DNA of 64,000 nt from Syntrophales bacterium (GCA_963668175.1 OY764159.1:3008001-3072000); one strand, 5' to 3'. Shown: positions 31,547-40,862, counted from the stretch's first letter. Numbers and translations: made by a program. The notes: a model not told the origin generated them from the sequence alone.

Positions 31547-32812
31547 TTATTTTTTCCACCCCGGAAACGGCCACACAACGTTCTTGGCAGCCGACTCGAA
31601 GGGCCATATCGTTACGTAGTCCATGTTTTGCACCTGGACCAGGCCGCCCTGGGCGAAGATATTCTGGTGCGACTGGGGATCGAACTTGACACCCTTCCAG
31701 GGGTAGATGACCTGGTCGCCGGGGATATTCGTAGCGAGCAGGGCTTTCACGACCGCTTCGCTCTCCGTCGTCTTGGCGCGGTTGATCGCATCGGCGAGGA
31801 CAAACGGCGCGGTGAAGCTCCGGGCCGCGTTCTCGCTCATCTCGATCCCGTATTTCTTCTTGAAGAGAGCGGCCACCTTGCCGACGAGGGGTTTCTTCTT
31901 GGCAAGGTCGAGCGCGAAGGTCGAACGGACGATGATGTTGTTCCCGTCGGCCTTGACCGCCGGCAGGTAACCCGGCTCGATGTAGCCGGCCATGGTCAGG
32001 ATGCCCTGGGGCTTGAAGCCCATTTCCTTGAAGGTCTTCGTGAAGAGGATGGCGTCGGTGATATAGGAGGCATGCATCAGGACGTCCGGCTTGCTCTTGA
32101 TCAGGGTGCCGACCTCGCTCGTCACGTCGGTGGCGTTGGCCGGATAGGAGATGTCGGCAACGACCTGGTACCCGAAGTCACCGGCGTATTTCTTGGCGTA
32201 CTTGCCGACGTTGGCACCGAACTCGGTGTTTTCGTACAGAAGGGCGACTGTTTTCACCTTCTTGCCTGTCTTCTTTTCGAGGTCCTTCAGGTACTGGAAC
32301 CAGTCACGGGCGAAGATCGCGTCGTGGGGGCTGACCCTGAAGAAATACTTAAAGTTCCTCTCGGTGAGCGTCGGCGAGGATGAGTCGGAGCAGACGTACG
32401 GCACTTTCAGCCTTTCCGTGGCCTGGCTCGCCGTCTTGGTCACCGAGCTCTGATAGGCCCCGATGATCGCCGACACCTTTTCCTGGGTGATCAGGCGTTC
32501 CGCCTCGGACATGCCGTTCTTCGGATCGCCCTTCGTGTCGGCATAGACGATTTCCAGCTTCGCGCCACCAAGGTTCGGCAATCCCCCCGATTTCGCCATG
32601 GGCAGGTTGAGGTCCTTTCCGTATTTGCCGTTGATGATGTCCACCGCCAGGTCGACGCCGCGCTTACAGTCGAGCCCGGTGGAGGCGATGTTTCCCGACA
32701 GGGGGTAGACGGCCCCGATCTTGATGACTTTCTGCTGCGCCATAACTCCCGTGGAGAAGGCAAACAGCACTACCAGAGACAGACAGACACCGAACCATAC
32801 TTTGCATCTCAT
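31547..32812 (-). CDS. Liv-type ABC transporter substrate-binding protein
   Basis: GGGAGG RBS, signal peptide, IKIGAVYPLSG, IIGAYQSSVT, YFFRVSP, YENTEFG. Confidence 0.92.
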   Translation of the reverse strand: MRCKVWFGVCLSLVVLFAFSTGVMAQQKVIKIGAVYPLSGNIASTGLDCKRGVDLAVDIINGKYGKDLNLPMAKSGGLPNLGGAKLEIVYADTKGDPKNGMSEAERLITQEKVSAIIGAYQSSVTKTASQATERLKVPYVCSDSSSPTLTERNFKYFFRVSPHDAIFARDWFQYLKDLEKKTGKKVKTVALLYENTEFGANVGKYAKKYAGDFGYQVVADISYPANATDVTSEVGTLIKSKPDVLMHASYITDAILFTKTFKEMGFKPQGILTMAGYIEPGYLPAVKADGNNIIVRSTFALDLAKKKPLVGKVAALFKKKYGIEMSENAARSFTAPFVLADAINRAKTTESEAVVKALLATNIPGDQVIYPWKGVKFDPQSHQNIFAQGGLVQVQNMDYVTIWPFESAAKNVVWPFPGWKK

Positions 32813-32903
32813 CCTGGCACCTCCCTCAAATATGGGTTTCTTTGAATCGGTTAAGGGTGGAACAACGCTTCTTCGGGTATTTATTTCATGTTCTCTTGGT
32901 TTC

Positions 32904-32944
32904 GTATGATCATACTTTATATGATATAATGATTATACGTCAAG
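32904..32944 (-). promoter_or_regulatory. sigma70 promoter with embedded operator (copy B) plus a 12-bp palindrome
   Basis: Minus strand reads CTTGACGTATAATCATTATATCATATAA, followed by the perfect palindrome GTATGATCATAC (32904-32915). Confidence 0.8.
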
Positions 32945-33017
32945 CTGTTTTTTCCGCAACGTCTGTCGGTGGTTAGAGCATAACGGCGGTTTTATCGCGG
33001 CGGCGTCGCCGCCGCTT

Positions 33018-34346
33018 TCATTCGATCAGGACGGTCTGGATGTCCATCACGTTCGTGCCCGTGGGCCCCGTGGTGAAGAGGCCGCCCTCGGCCTTGAAGA
33101 AGGTATAGGAGTCGTTGTTCGTGAGGTATGATTCGGCCGACATTCCCATTTTCGCCGCCCGTTCAAGCGTAGCCCCGTCGGCGAAGGCCCCGGCGGCGTC
33201 CGTCGGACCGTCCGTCCCGTCCGTACCGGCGGAGAGGAGCGTGATGCCCTCCGTCCCGGCAATGGCTTCGGCAAAGGCCAGCGCCAGTTCCATGTTCCGC
33301 CCTCCCCTGCCGCCGCCCCGGACGGCAACCGTCGTTTCGCCGCCGGCGATCAGGCAGATTTTCCTGCCCTGGTTGCCTGCGAGAGTCCGCTTGGCCTCAC
33401 GCGCCTTCCCGGCCAGCCACCGGCCGGCATCGGCTGCCTCGCCCGTGAGCTCCGCCGTGAGGATCTCCGTTTCGCAGCCGGCCTCCCGGGACTTGGCCGC
33501 AGCGACACCCAGGGCGATCCGGCTGTTACCGATAATGATGTTTTTCACTTTCGCGAAGACGGTGTCCCCGGCCTTCGGCGTTTCCGGAAGTTCCCGGCGG
33601 ACGCCCTTCTCCAGGGTTTCCGTCACGGCGCGGGGAATCCTGCCGCGCAGTTTATATCGGTCGATGACGGCCAGGGCGTCCCCGTAGGTCGTCTCGTCCG
33701 GCGCCGTGGGGCCCGAGGCGATCACGTCGAGGGGGTCGCCGATCACGTCGGAAAGGATGAGGGATAGGACCTCCGCCGGATAGGCGATCTCCGCGAGCCT
33801 CCCGCCCTTGACGCGCGAGACATGCTTCCGGACGGTATTCAATTCCCTAATGTCGGCGCCGGCCGTAAGCAGCGCCTGGGTAAGTTCACGCTTTTCCTGA
33901 AGAGTGACAGGGGGAAGCGGCGCGGCCAAAAGGGCCGATCCGCCGCCGGAGACGAGACACAAGACGAGCGTCCGTTCGTCGGCCTCCTGCAGGGCGCGGA
34001 CGATTTCGACGGTTGCGTTCAGGCCGTTTTCGTCGGGTACGGGATGGGCCGCCTCGAAACACGCGATGGCCCCGGGCAGGGCCTCGGTGCCGAAGTGGCC
34101 GTATTTGGTGACGATCTTGCCGCCCGTCGCGATATCGAAGGATGTATCCGCCACGGCCTTCGCCATGGGATAGGCCGCCTTGCCGAAACCGACGACGAGA
34201 AGCCGGTTGAAATTTCCGCGGCGGCGGGTCTCGCCGATCCGGCCGAGTTCATTTTTAACCAGGGTGTAGGGGTCCACGGCTTTGATGACGGCCTGGAAGA
34301 TATCGGCGAGCAGCCGGCGGTTCTCTTCAGGGATTGTCCGGTCCAT
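33018..34346 (-). CDS. Glycerate 2-kinase (GckA/TtuD, MOFRL family)
   Basis: VVGFGKAA, EAAHPVPD, SGGGSAL, RKHVSRVKGG, SDVIGD, GGETTV, GGRNMEL, GTDGTDGPTDAAG, TGPTGTNVMD. Confidence 0.92.
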   Translation of the reverse strand: MDRTIPEENRRLLADIFQAVIKAVDPYTLVKNELGRIGETRRRGNFNRLLVVGFGKAAYPMAKAVADTSFDIATGGKIVTKYGHFGTEALPGAIACFEAAHPVPDENGLNATVEIVRALQEADERTLVLCLVSGGGSALLAAPLPPVTLQEKRELTQALLTAGADIRELNTVRKHVSRVKGGRLAEIAYPAEVLSLILSDVIGDPLDVIASGPTAPDETTYGDALAVIDRYKLRGRIPRAVTETLEKGVRRELPETPKAGDTVFAKVKNIIIGNSRIALGVAAAKSREAGCETEILTAELTGEAADAGRWLAGKAREAKRTLAGNQGRKICLIAGGETTVAVRGGGRGGRNMELALAFAEAIAGTEGITLLSAGTDGTDGPTDAAGAFADGATLERAAKMGMSAESYLTNNDSYTFFKAEGGLFTTGPTGTNVMDIQTVLIE

Positions 34347-34594
34347 AAGCGTCGATGAGCCCTCCGATCCGGTCCATCGTGAAGACTGGCGCGAAGACGG
34401 GGTTTAAGGGAATACGGTACGCCGCGGGCTGATGAAAAACTGTTGTTGCTGCCTTTTTCAATTTACGCGAGGAATCGTATTCAGTCAATGTCAAAATTTC
34501 TCGTGCAATCGGGTGCCCCTATCATTTATAATCTTGTCGTCTCCACGGGACATATCCTTTCTCCCGTATTTCCTTCAACCGAGGTGATGGCGCA

Positions 34595-35758
34595 TTGGAA
34601 TTCATGGGTTTCCGCCGTCCGGACGGTAAAGTCGGCATTCGCAACGAGGTTATCGTCATCCCGTCGGTCGCCTGCGCGAACCGCGTCGCCCGCGGCATTG
34701 CGCAGCTTGCGTCCGGGTCGGTCTGGGTCGAGCACCAGCACGGCTGCACGCAGCTCGGCGCCGACGCGGAACTGACCAGACGGGTCCTTGTCGGGCACGG
34801 CACCCATCCCAACGTCGCGGGCGTTGTCGTCGTGGGCCTGGGTTGCGAGACCATACGGGCCGAGGACATCGCCGCCGACATTGGGCGTATCGCGCCCTAT
34901 AAACCCGTCCGCCTCGTCAATATTCAGATGGAAGGCGGGTCTGTCAAGGCCGTTGCCGCCGGGGCCGCCGCCGCGAGCACCCTCCTGGAAGAGGCGTCCC
35001 GCCTTGCGCGCACACCCGTAGACGCCACCGAACTGATTCTCGGCACGGAATGCGGCGGTTCGGACGCCTGCTCGGGCCTCTCGGCCAACCCGGCCCTGGG
35101 AACGGCCTGCGACCTTCTGATCGAGGCCGGAGGGACGGTTATCCTTGCGGAAACGACCGAACTCATCGGCGCCGAACATCTCCTCGCCGCCCGGGCCGTG
35201 AACGAACGCGTCGCCGCCCGCTGCTTCGAGGTGATCGCAGCCTGCGAAGACGCCGCGAAGAGGATGGGCGTCGACATGCGGGGCGGCCAGCCCACGCCCG
35301 GCAATATCGAAGGGGGGCTTTCTACCATCGAGGAGAAGTCCCTCGGCTGCATCTACAAGGCCGGCAGGCACCCCCTCCGCGATGTTATCGACTACGCCGC
35401 CCCCGTTGCGGGTAAGGGCCTCATCTGGATGGACACGCCGGGCCACGACATCGAACAGATGACGGGCATGGTCGCCGGCGGCTGCCATCTCATCGCCTTC
35501 ACGACGGGCCGGGGCACCTGTTGCGGCTCGCCCGTGGCGCCGACGATCAAGATAGCCTCCAACACGGCTATGTACAACCATATGAAGGACAACATGGACA
35601 TGAACGCCGGGACGATTGTCTCCGGCGACGAGACGGCAGCGGAAGTCGGCCGCCGGATTTTCGCCGAGATCCTGGCCGTGGCGTCTGGCAGACGATGCCG
35701 CGCGGAGATCCTCGGGTTCAACGACTTCGCCATACGTAGAATAGGACCGAGCATGTAG
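34595..35758 (+). CDS. UxaA/GarD/SuyB-family dehydratase or lyase, large (catalytic) subunit
   Basis: GFRRPDGKVGIRN, HQHGC, HPNV, GLGCE, ECGGSD, NPALG, GGLSTIEEKSLG, MDTPG, FTTGRG. TTG start after GAGGTG. Confidence 0.92.
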   Translation: MEFMGFRRPDGKVGIRNEVIVIPSVACANRVARGIAQLASGSVWVEHQHGCTQLGADAELTRRVLVGHGTHPNVAGVVVVGLGCETIRAEDIAADIGRIAPYKPVRLVNIQMEGGSVKAVAAGAAAASTLLEEASRLARTPVDATELILGTECGGSDACSGLSANPALGTACDLLIEAGGTVILAETTELIGAEHLLAARAVNERVAARCFEVIAACEDAAKRMGVDMRGGQPTPGNIEGGLSTIEEKSLGCIYKAGRHPLRDVIDYAAPVAGKGLIWMDTPGHDIEQMTGMVAGGCHLIAFTTGRGTCCGSPVAPTIKIASNTAMYNHMKDNMDMNAGTIVSGDETAAEVGRRIFAEILAVASGRRCRAEILGFNDFAIRRIGPSM

Positions 35759-35771
35759 GGGAACCGGGAGG

Positions 35772-36068
35772 ATGGCGATGCCGAAAGAGATAGCCCTCGT
35801 CATGGAAGCCCATGACAACGTGGCCACGGCCCTGGAAGAGATCGCGCCGGACACGGAGGTCACGTTGACCGTCGCGGGCGTGTCCGTCCGGGTCAGGATT
35901 TCCGAACGCATCCCCTTCGCCCATAAATTCGCCCTGGCGGACATTCCGGAGGGCGCTCTCGTCGTCAAATACGGGCAGGCCATCGGTGCGGCCACGGCTG
36001 CAATCCCAGCCGGCCGCCACGTGCACATCCATAACCTCGAAAGCAGACGGGGACGGGGGGACCGATAG
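35772..36068 (+). CDS. UxaA/SuyA-family SAF-domain small subunit
   Basis: DNVATAL, IPFAHKFAL, VKYGQAIG, GRHVHIHNLES. Confidence 0.92.
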   Translation: MAMPKEIALVMEAHDNVATALEEIAPDTEVTLTVAGVSVRVRISERIPFAHKFALADIPEGALVVKYGQAIGAATAAIPAGRHVHIHNLESRRGRGDR

Positions 36069-36144
36069 TTCCCGGCGATTCTTTATTCACCTTCAAAGAA
36101 AGACGATCGCATTCACCGATGCGAAAGCGGAAAGGACTTGCGTT

Positions 36145-37020
36145 ATGGAAAAGATCGGCTGGATCGGTACGGGCGTCATGGGAAATGCGATGTGCCGTCA
36201 CATCATGAACAAGGGTTATGCCTTGTCCGTCTATAACCGGACGAGGGACAAATGCGACGAGCTGTGCGGATGCGGGGCCGTATGGTGCAGCAGCCCCGGC
36301 GACGTGGCCGCCCGAAGCGACATCGTCTTTACGATGGTGGGCGAGCCCCCCGACGTCGAGGAAGTCATCCTCGGCGAAGGCGGCATTCTCGCGAAGGCCC
36401 GGCCCGGCTCCGTCATCGTGGACATGACGACCTCGGAGCCTTTCCTCGCACAGCGGATATACCGGGAGGCGAAGGCCAAATCCGTGGCGTCCCTCGATGC
36501 CCCCGTTTCCGGCGGCGACATCGGCGCCCGGGAAGGAACGCTCGCCATCATGGCGGGCGGCGACGAAACGGCCTTCAAGCGGGTCCTGCCGGTGTTCGAA
36601 CTGATGGGCAAAAACATCGCCCTCATGGGCGGACCGGGCATGGGGCAGCATACGAAGATGAGCAACCAGATCCTCATCGCCGCCAACATGATCGGCGTCG
36701 TCGAGGCCCTCCTTTACGCCCGCAAATCAGGCCTGGACCCGGCGCGCGTCATCGACGTCGTCGGCCAGGGCGCAGCGGCTTCCTGGTGTCTGAACCAGCT
36801 CGGACGGCGGATTCTCAAGGGCGATTTCGCGCCCGGTTTCTATATCCGCCATTTCGTGAAAGACATGGGCATCGCGCTTGCCGAGGCGAGGAGAATGAAG
36901 CTTTCGCTGCCGGGGCTCGCGCTCGTCAACCAGTTCTACCTCGCCGCCGTGGCGGAAGGTCTGGAGACGGACGGAACGCAGGCCCTCTACAAGGTCCTGG
37001 AAAGAATGAATACCCTGTAG
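36145..37020 (+). CDS. NAD(P)-dependent beta-hydroxyacid dehydrogenase (tartronate semialdehyde reductase / 3-hydroxyisobutyrate dehydrogenase family)
   Basis: IGWIGTGVMG, DAPVSGG, LAIMAGG, GQHTKMSNQ, FVKDMGIA. Confidence 0.9.
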   Translation: MEKIGWIGTGVMGNAMCRHIMNKGYALSVYNRTRDKCDELCGCGAVWCSSPGDVAARSDIVFTMVGEPPDVEEVILGEGGILAKARPGSVIVDMTTSEPFLAQRIYREAKAKSVASLDAPVSGGDIGAREGTLAIMAGGDETAFKRVLPVFELMGKNIALMGGPGMGQHTKMSNQILIAANMIGVVEALLYARKSGLDPARVIDVVGQGAAASWCLNQLGRRILKGDFAPGFYIRHFVKDMGIALAEARRMKLSLPGLALVNQFYLAAVAEGLETDGTQALYKVLERMNTL

Positions 37021-37050
37021 CTTCCTTAAACACTTAGGGAGGGAAAAGGA

Positions 37051-37707
37051 ATGACGGCAACAACCGTTATTGTCGCTGCGGCCGTTCCCCTTTTGGCCGG
37101 CCTGCTCCTCGCCGCCTCGCGGGAATCTCTGGGCGGAACGCTCCTGACGAAGCCCCTGCTCTCCGCCCTGTTCGTCGCGACGGTCTGGACGGCCCCCCAT
37201 CGGGACCCGCTCTATTTCGGCCTGGTAACGGCCGGACTGGTCCTGTGCCTGGCCGGCGACGTCTTCCTCATCTTCACGCGGTCGGCCAATCTTTTCCTGG
37301 CGGGACTCGTATCGTTCCTTCTGGGGCATATCCTTTACGGGACGGCCTTCTTCGCCGTATCTTCTCCGGGGGCCTGGACCGCGGCGGCTGCGATTGTCCT
37401 TGCAGCCCTCGGCATCGCCGTTTTTAACTGGCTGAAACCGCACCTGGGCAGGATGAAAATTCCCGTAACGGCATATCTTACGGCCATCACCCTCATGGTC
37501 GTCGCCGCCGCAACGCTTGCCGGAGACCGCGGCCATCCTTTCACCGGCCGCATGCTGGCCCTTATCGGCGCGGTCCTCTTCTACGCCTCGGACATCTTCG
37601 TGGCCCGGCATCGTTTCGTCCGGAAGGAATTCCGGAACCGCCTGATCGGGTTGCCTCTCTACTATGCAGGCCAGTTCATGATCGCCGCTTCCGTCCGTTT
37701 CTTTTAG
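37051..37707 (+). CDS. YhhN/lysoplasmalogenase-family membrane protein
   Basis: KPLLS, GLVLCLAGDVFL, FLAGLVSFLLGHILY, LFYASD, LYYAGQ. Confidence 0.85.
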   Translation: MTATTVIVAAAVPLLAGLLLAASRESLGGTLLTKPLLSALFVATVWTAPHRDPLYFGLVTAGLVLCLAGDVFLIFTRSANLFLAGLVSFLLGHILYGTAFFAVSSPGAWTAAAAIVLAALGIAVFNWLKPHLGRMKIPVTAYLTAITLMVVAAATLAGDRGHPFTGRMLALIGAVLFYASDIFVARHRFVRKEFRNRLIGLPLYYAGQFMIAASVRFF

Positions 37708-37731
37708 GAAACGGCACCGGCCGATCCCGTC

Positions 37732-38607
37732 TCAGGCCTTCAAATAGGCGTCGAACCAGGCAAGGCATCTCCTCCAGCCGTCCTTCGCGGCCTCTTCCCG
37801 GTAGCTCGGCCGGTAATCGGCGAAGAAGGCATGGGGCGCCTTGGGATAGACGACGAATTCGCACGTCTTACCCGCCGCCTTGAGACGCGCCTCCATCTCC
37901 TTCACGTCGGCCACGGGAATCCCCAGGTCTTCCGCCCCGTACAGACCGAGGACAGGGGCCTTGATGTCTGCGGCGACATCGAGCGGACCGAAGGTGCGGA
38001 CGCCGGGCGTTACGTCCGGCTTGATCTGGCCGTACCAGGCGACGGCGGCCATGACGTCGCGGTTATGGGCCGCGAAGAGGAGCGTGTACATCCCGCCCCG
38101 GCAGAATCCTGTCACGCCGATACGGTCGGCCCTGGCCGCCGGATGCGTCTTGGCGTAGGCTGTCAGGGCGTCCAGGTCGCCCATGACGCGCGCGTCGGGA
38201 ACAGGATCGACGACTTTGCGCACGGCGGCGATATCGGGCAGCGTCAGGACGCCTCCTTCTCGGGCGTACGGCTCGAAGGTCAAGCTGAGGAATCCCGCAT
38301 GGGCGAATCGCCTCGTCACATCCTTGATATGCTCGTGCATGCCGAACACTTCCGGAATGACCAGGACTACCGGGTACTTCCCGGCCTTCGCCGGCCGCGC
38401 CTCGTAGACGGGCATCGGGAACGTTCCCGAGGGAACGGTCCCTTCCCTGACCTCGATGCCGGTGAGCGTCGTGTTGATAATCTCGCCCGCCACGGGCGAG
38501 GCGGCCATGGCAAACCCCGCAAGCGACACGCCGGCGATGCCGGCCTTCGCCAGGAACTGCCTCCGCGACATACCTTCATACGCATTGGCCAGCCAGTCTT
38601 CGACCAT
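37732..38607 (-). CDS. Dienelactone hydrolase-family protein with a twin-arginine-like N-terminus
   Basis: EVFG, GFCRGG nucleophile elbow, catalytic Asp (AEDLGI) and His (PHAF), RPSY; SRRQFL motif. Confidence 0.9.
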   Translation of the reverse strand: MVEDWLANAYEGMSRRQFLAKAGIAGVSLAGFAMAASPVAGEIINTTLTGIEVREGTVPSGTFPMPVYEARPAKAGKYPVVLVIPEVFGMHEHIKDVTRRFAHAGFLSLTFEPYAREGGVLTLPDIAAVRKVVDPVPDARVMGDLDALTAYAKTHPAARADRIGVTGFCRGGMYTLLFAAHNRDVMAAVAWYGQIKPDVTPGVRTFGPLDVAADIKAPVLGLYGAEDLGIPVADVKEMEARLKAAGKTCEFVVYPKAPHAFFADYRPSYREEAAKDGWRRCLAWFDAYLKA

Positions 38608-38722
38608 AAGGACCTCCTGATTTGATATGAACAGATGGTTTGTCTGACGGATTAACGCTCTTGATCGAACCGGTAAACGACTTTGTATAAAAGGCGGATC
38701 TTTCGTCGGAAGATAAAAAACA

Positions 38723-38913
38723 ACTGCCGGCTGAGTGAATCTTTATTCCCGAGGGCTCGGCCGGCAGTCTCTTATCCAAGGACTCCCCCCGTCCTTGGGT
38801 TTATTTCGGTGTGTGAAGACATTCTTTGGCTTGGAGGATTGGAGGCGTTTGGTGTCCTACAGGCTTCCTCCCTGCCCGGCATGAAACCTTTCCCGCGTAA
38901 GGAGATCTCACAC
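38723..38913 (+). ncRNA. Candidate structured RNA, family not recognised
   Basis: Three consecutive stem-loop domains, each with G-U pairs only on the plus strand (see findings). Confidence 0.3.
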
Positions 38914-39035
38914 TTGAATTACATTTAACAACATTTTATCTCATGTTTCAAGAAAAAAAGCGCGGAGCGCACAGCCGGAGAGTCTTCAGTCAACCTAATC
39001 GTTTGTCCTGTAAGTTGTTTCGCCGATTGCCAGTT

Positions 39036-40259
39036 CTACTTTCCGGATGGATTTGCCGGATGCGGCAGGAGTCGTTGGTCTTGAACGAGGGTTCGCGCCA
39101 GCGTTTCGGCGACAAGGGTGTTGCCCCTCTCATTGAAGTGCAACTCGTCGTAGAACGCCGACGTATCCTTCGGAATCTGCGACGCCAGGTCGATGCACAT
39201 CACGCCTCGCGTGCGGCAGACGTCGAGGAGCGTTTCGTTGTAGCGCTTCATCCCTTCCATCAGTGCCCTGGCCGTGTAGTAGCGCCGGGACTTGAGGCTC
39301 TCGATCCACCCGCACCACAGGAGGTCGTTCTCCCTGTCCGTAAGATCGGCCCGCCACATGGAAGGCTGGGTCATGAAGAGAATCCGGATCGACCGGGCTT
39401 CGGCCATGTCGATGATTGTGTTCAGGTTCCTGCGGTATTCCCCCAGGGCCGGCCCCAGGTCGGGCAGGGTGTCGACAAATGCCGCCGCTTCCTTTCTCTG
39501 TTTCCGCAGATTGACGAACATGCCGCCCGCCTGGTCCTGATAGAGGTCCTTGTGGGTGCGTTGCTCCTTCCATTTCTTGTAGAGGCTGCCGATGGCGGAC
39601 TCGTCGTAATACCCGAACCGGAGACGGTATTTCCCGGGGAAATAGGGAACGACCGTGAAAGCCCCGCGGATGAGCCTTTGCTTCCAGGCTTCGTAGTGGT
39701 CGAGGAAATCAGGGTCGTACTTGTCGTCTTCGATGAGTCGCCGGAGGAGATCGTTGCCGCCGGTAAGTATAACGACCATATCGATTTTCGGCAACTGAGG
39801 GACGAGGTACTTCATGTGCATGTAGTGTTCACGCGTGTCGAGGCCGCTCTTGCCTGCGCTTCCGACCCAGACGGAGCCGGGACGGACCGCGTTGATCCTG
39901 CGTTGCAGGGCATAGGGCCAGGAGAGTTCCTGATCGATATAGAGGCACTCCGTCGTGCTGCCGCCGACCGTCAATATCTTGAAGACCTGCCCTTTCGGGA
40001 TATCGTCGCCCCGCAATCCCTCCCTGTTCGTCAGAAACCGTCCCTCCTTCGTCACGCCGGGCATAACCCCCGCCGCCGGCCGGTAAACGGTCTTCATATT
40101 CGGCGGCCAGACGTAATATTTGTTGTCCTTCTGATGAGCCAGGTAGAAACGCAGGCCGAATTCGCCCATCACAAGCGATAAGACAAGCCCGAAGACGACG
40201 AGGATCAGGCGGTAGAGGTTCTCGCGGTTGAATATCGTTTTCAAGATACGCTTCAGCAT
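39036..40259 (-). CDS. Membrane-anchored SGNH/GDSL hydrolase-family protein
   Basis: N-terminal TM, KILTVGGSTTE (block I), GGNDL (block III), FYDELHFN (DxxH). Confidence 0.8.
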   Translation of the reverse strand: MLKRILKTIFNRENLYRLILVVFGLVLSLVMGEFGLRFYLAHQKDNKYYVWPPNMKTVYRPAAGVMPGVTKEGRFLTNREGLRGDDIPKGQVFKILTVGGSTTECLYIDQELSWPYALQRRINAVRPGSVWVGSAGKSGLDTREHYMHMKYLVPQLPKIDMVVILTGGNDLLRRLIEDDKYDPDFLDHYEAWKQRLIRGAFTVVPYFPGKYRLRFGYYDESAIGSLYKKWKEQRTHKDLYQDQAGGMFVNLRKQRKEAAAFVDTLPDLGPALGEYRRNLNTIIDMAEARSIRILFMTQPSMWRADLTDRENDLLWCGWIESLKSRRYYTARALMEGMKRYNETLLDVCRTRGVMCIDLASQIPKDTSAFYDELHFNERGNTLVAETLARTLVQDQRLLPHPANPSGK

Positions 40260-40316
40260 ATGATGTCAAGGCGGTCTCCGCCTTCCCGTGAAAGCCCGTC
40301 GGGTTGTCTTAAAGTA

Positions 40317-40826
40317 TTACCTTACACATTGGCCGAGGGAACCTTCTTTGCACTTGCTGCCGTCCATCCAGATGGCATCGTCGAACCTGGTTCCGGTAAT
40401 ATTGGCCCCCGTGAGATTCGCGCCGACGAGGTTGGCGCGGGAAAGATCGGCGCCCGTGAGATTCGCCCCGGTGAGGTTCGTACCGGCGAACCACGCATCG
40501 GCGAGCCTGGCCCCGGTGAGGTTCGCACCGCTCAAATTCGCGTCCCTCAGGTTCGCTTTGGAAAGGATGGCTCTCGTAAGATTGGCGCGGGACAGGTTCG
40601 TCCCGTACAGCGACGCATTGGTCAGGTTGGCGCGGCTCAAATTGGCCTCGCTCAGGTTCATATTCACCTTCCTGGCGTTAATCATTTCGGCCCCCGAAAG
40701 ATCGCATTTCGGGCAATCCTCCATCTTGTTCACCCTGATAAGTTCGCCCTGGTTGAATCCCTGGACCGCACCGGCCCAGAGCATACAGAATGTGCCGATA
40801 AATATCGTGAACCATGTCTTTCGCAT
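40317..40826 (-). CDS. Secreted pentapeptide-repeat protein
   Basis: Signal peptide; tandem A(N/D)L(S/T)x repeats flanked by CPKC and C-x7-C. Confidence 0.9.
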   Translation of the reverse strand: MRKTWFTIFIGTFCMLWAGAVQGFNQGELIRVNKMEDCPKCDLSGAEMINARKVNMNLSEANLSRANLTNASLYGTNLSRANLTRAILSKANLRDANLSGANLTGARLADAWFAGTNLTGANLTGADLSRANLVGANLTGANITGTRFDDAIWMDGSKCKEGSLGQCVR

Positions 40827-40862
40827 GCCCCCTCCTTCGAAGAAATTCCATTTGAGGAATCC

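Noticed and set aside
40400..40660. 15-bp periodic DNA repeats (and 126-bp periodicity at about 62300-63050)
   Set aside because: Explained by pentapeptide and 42-aa TPR protein repeats.
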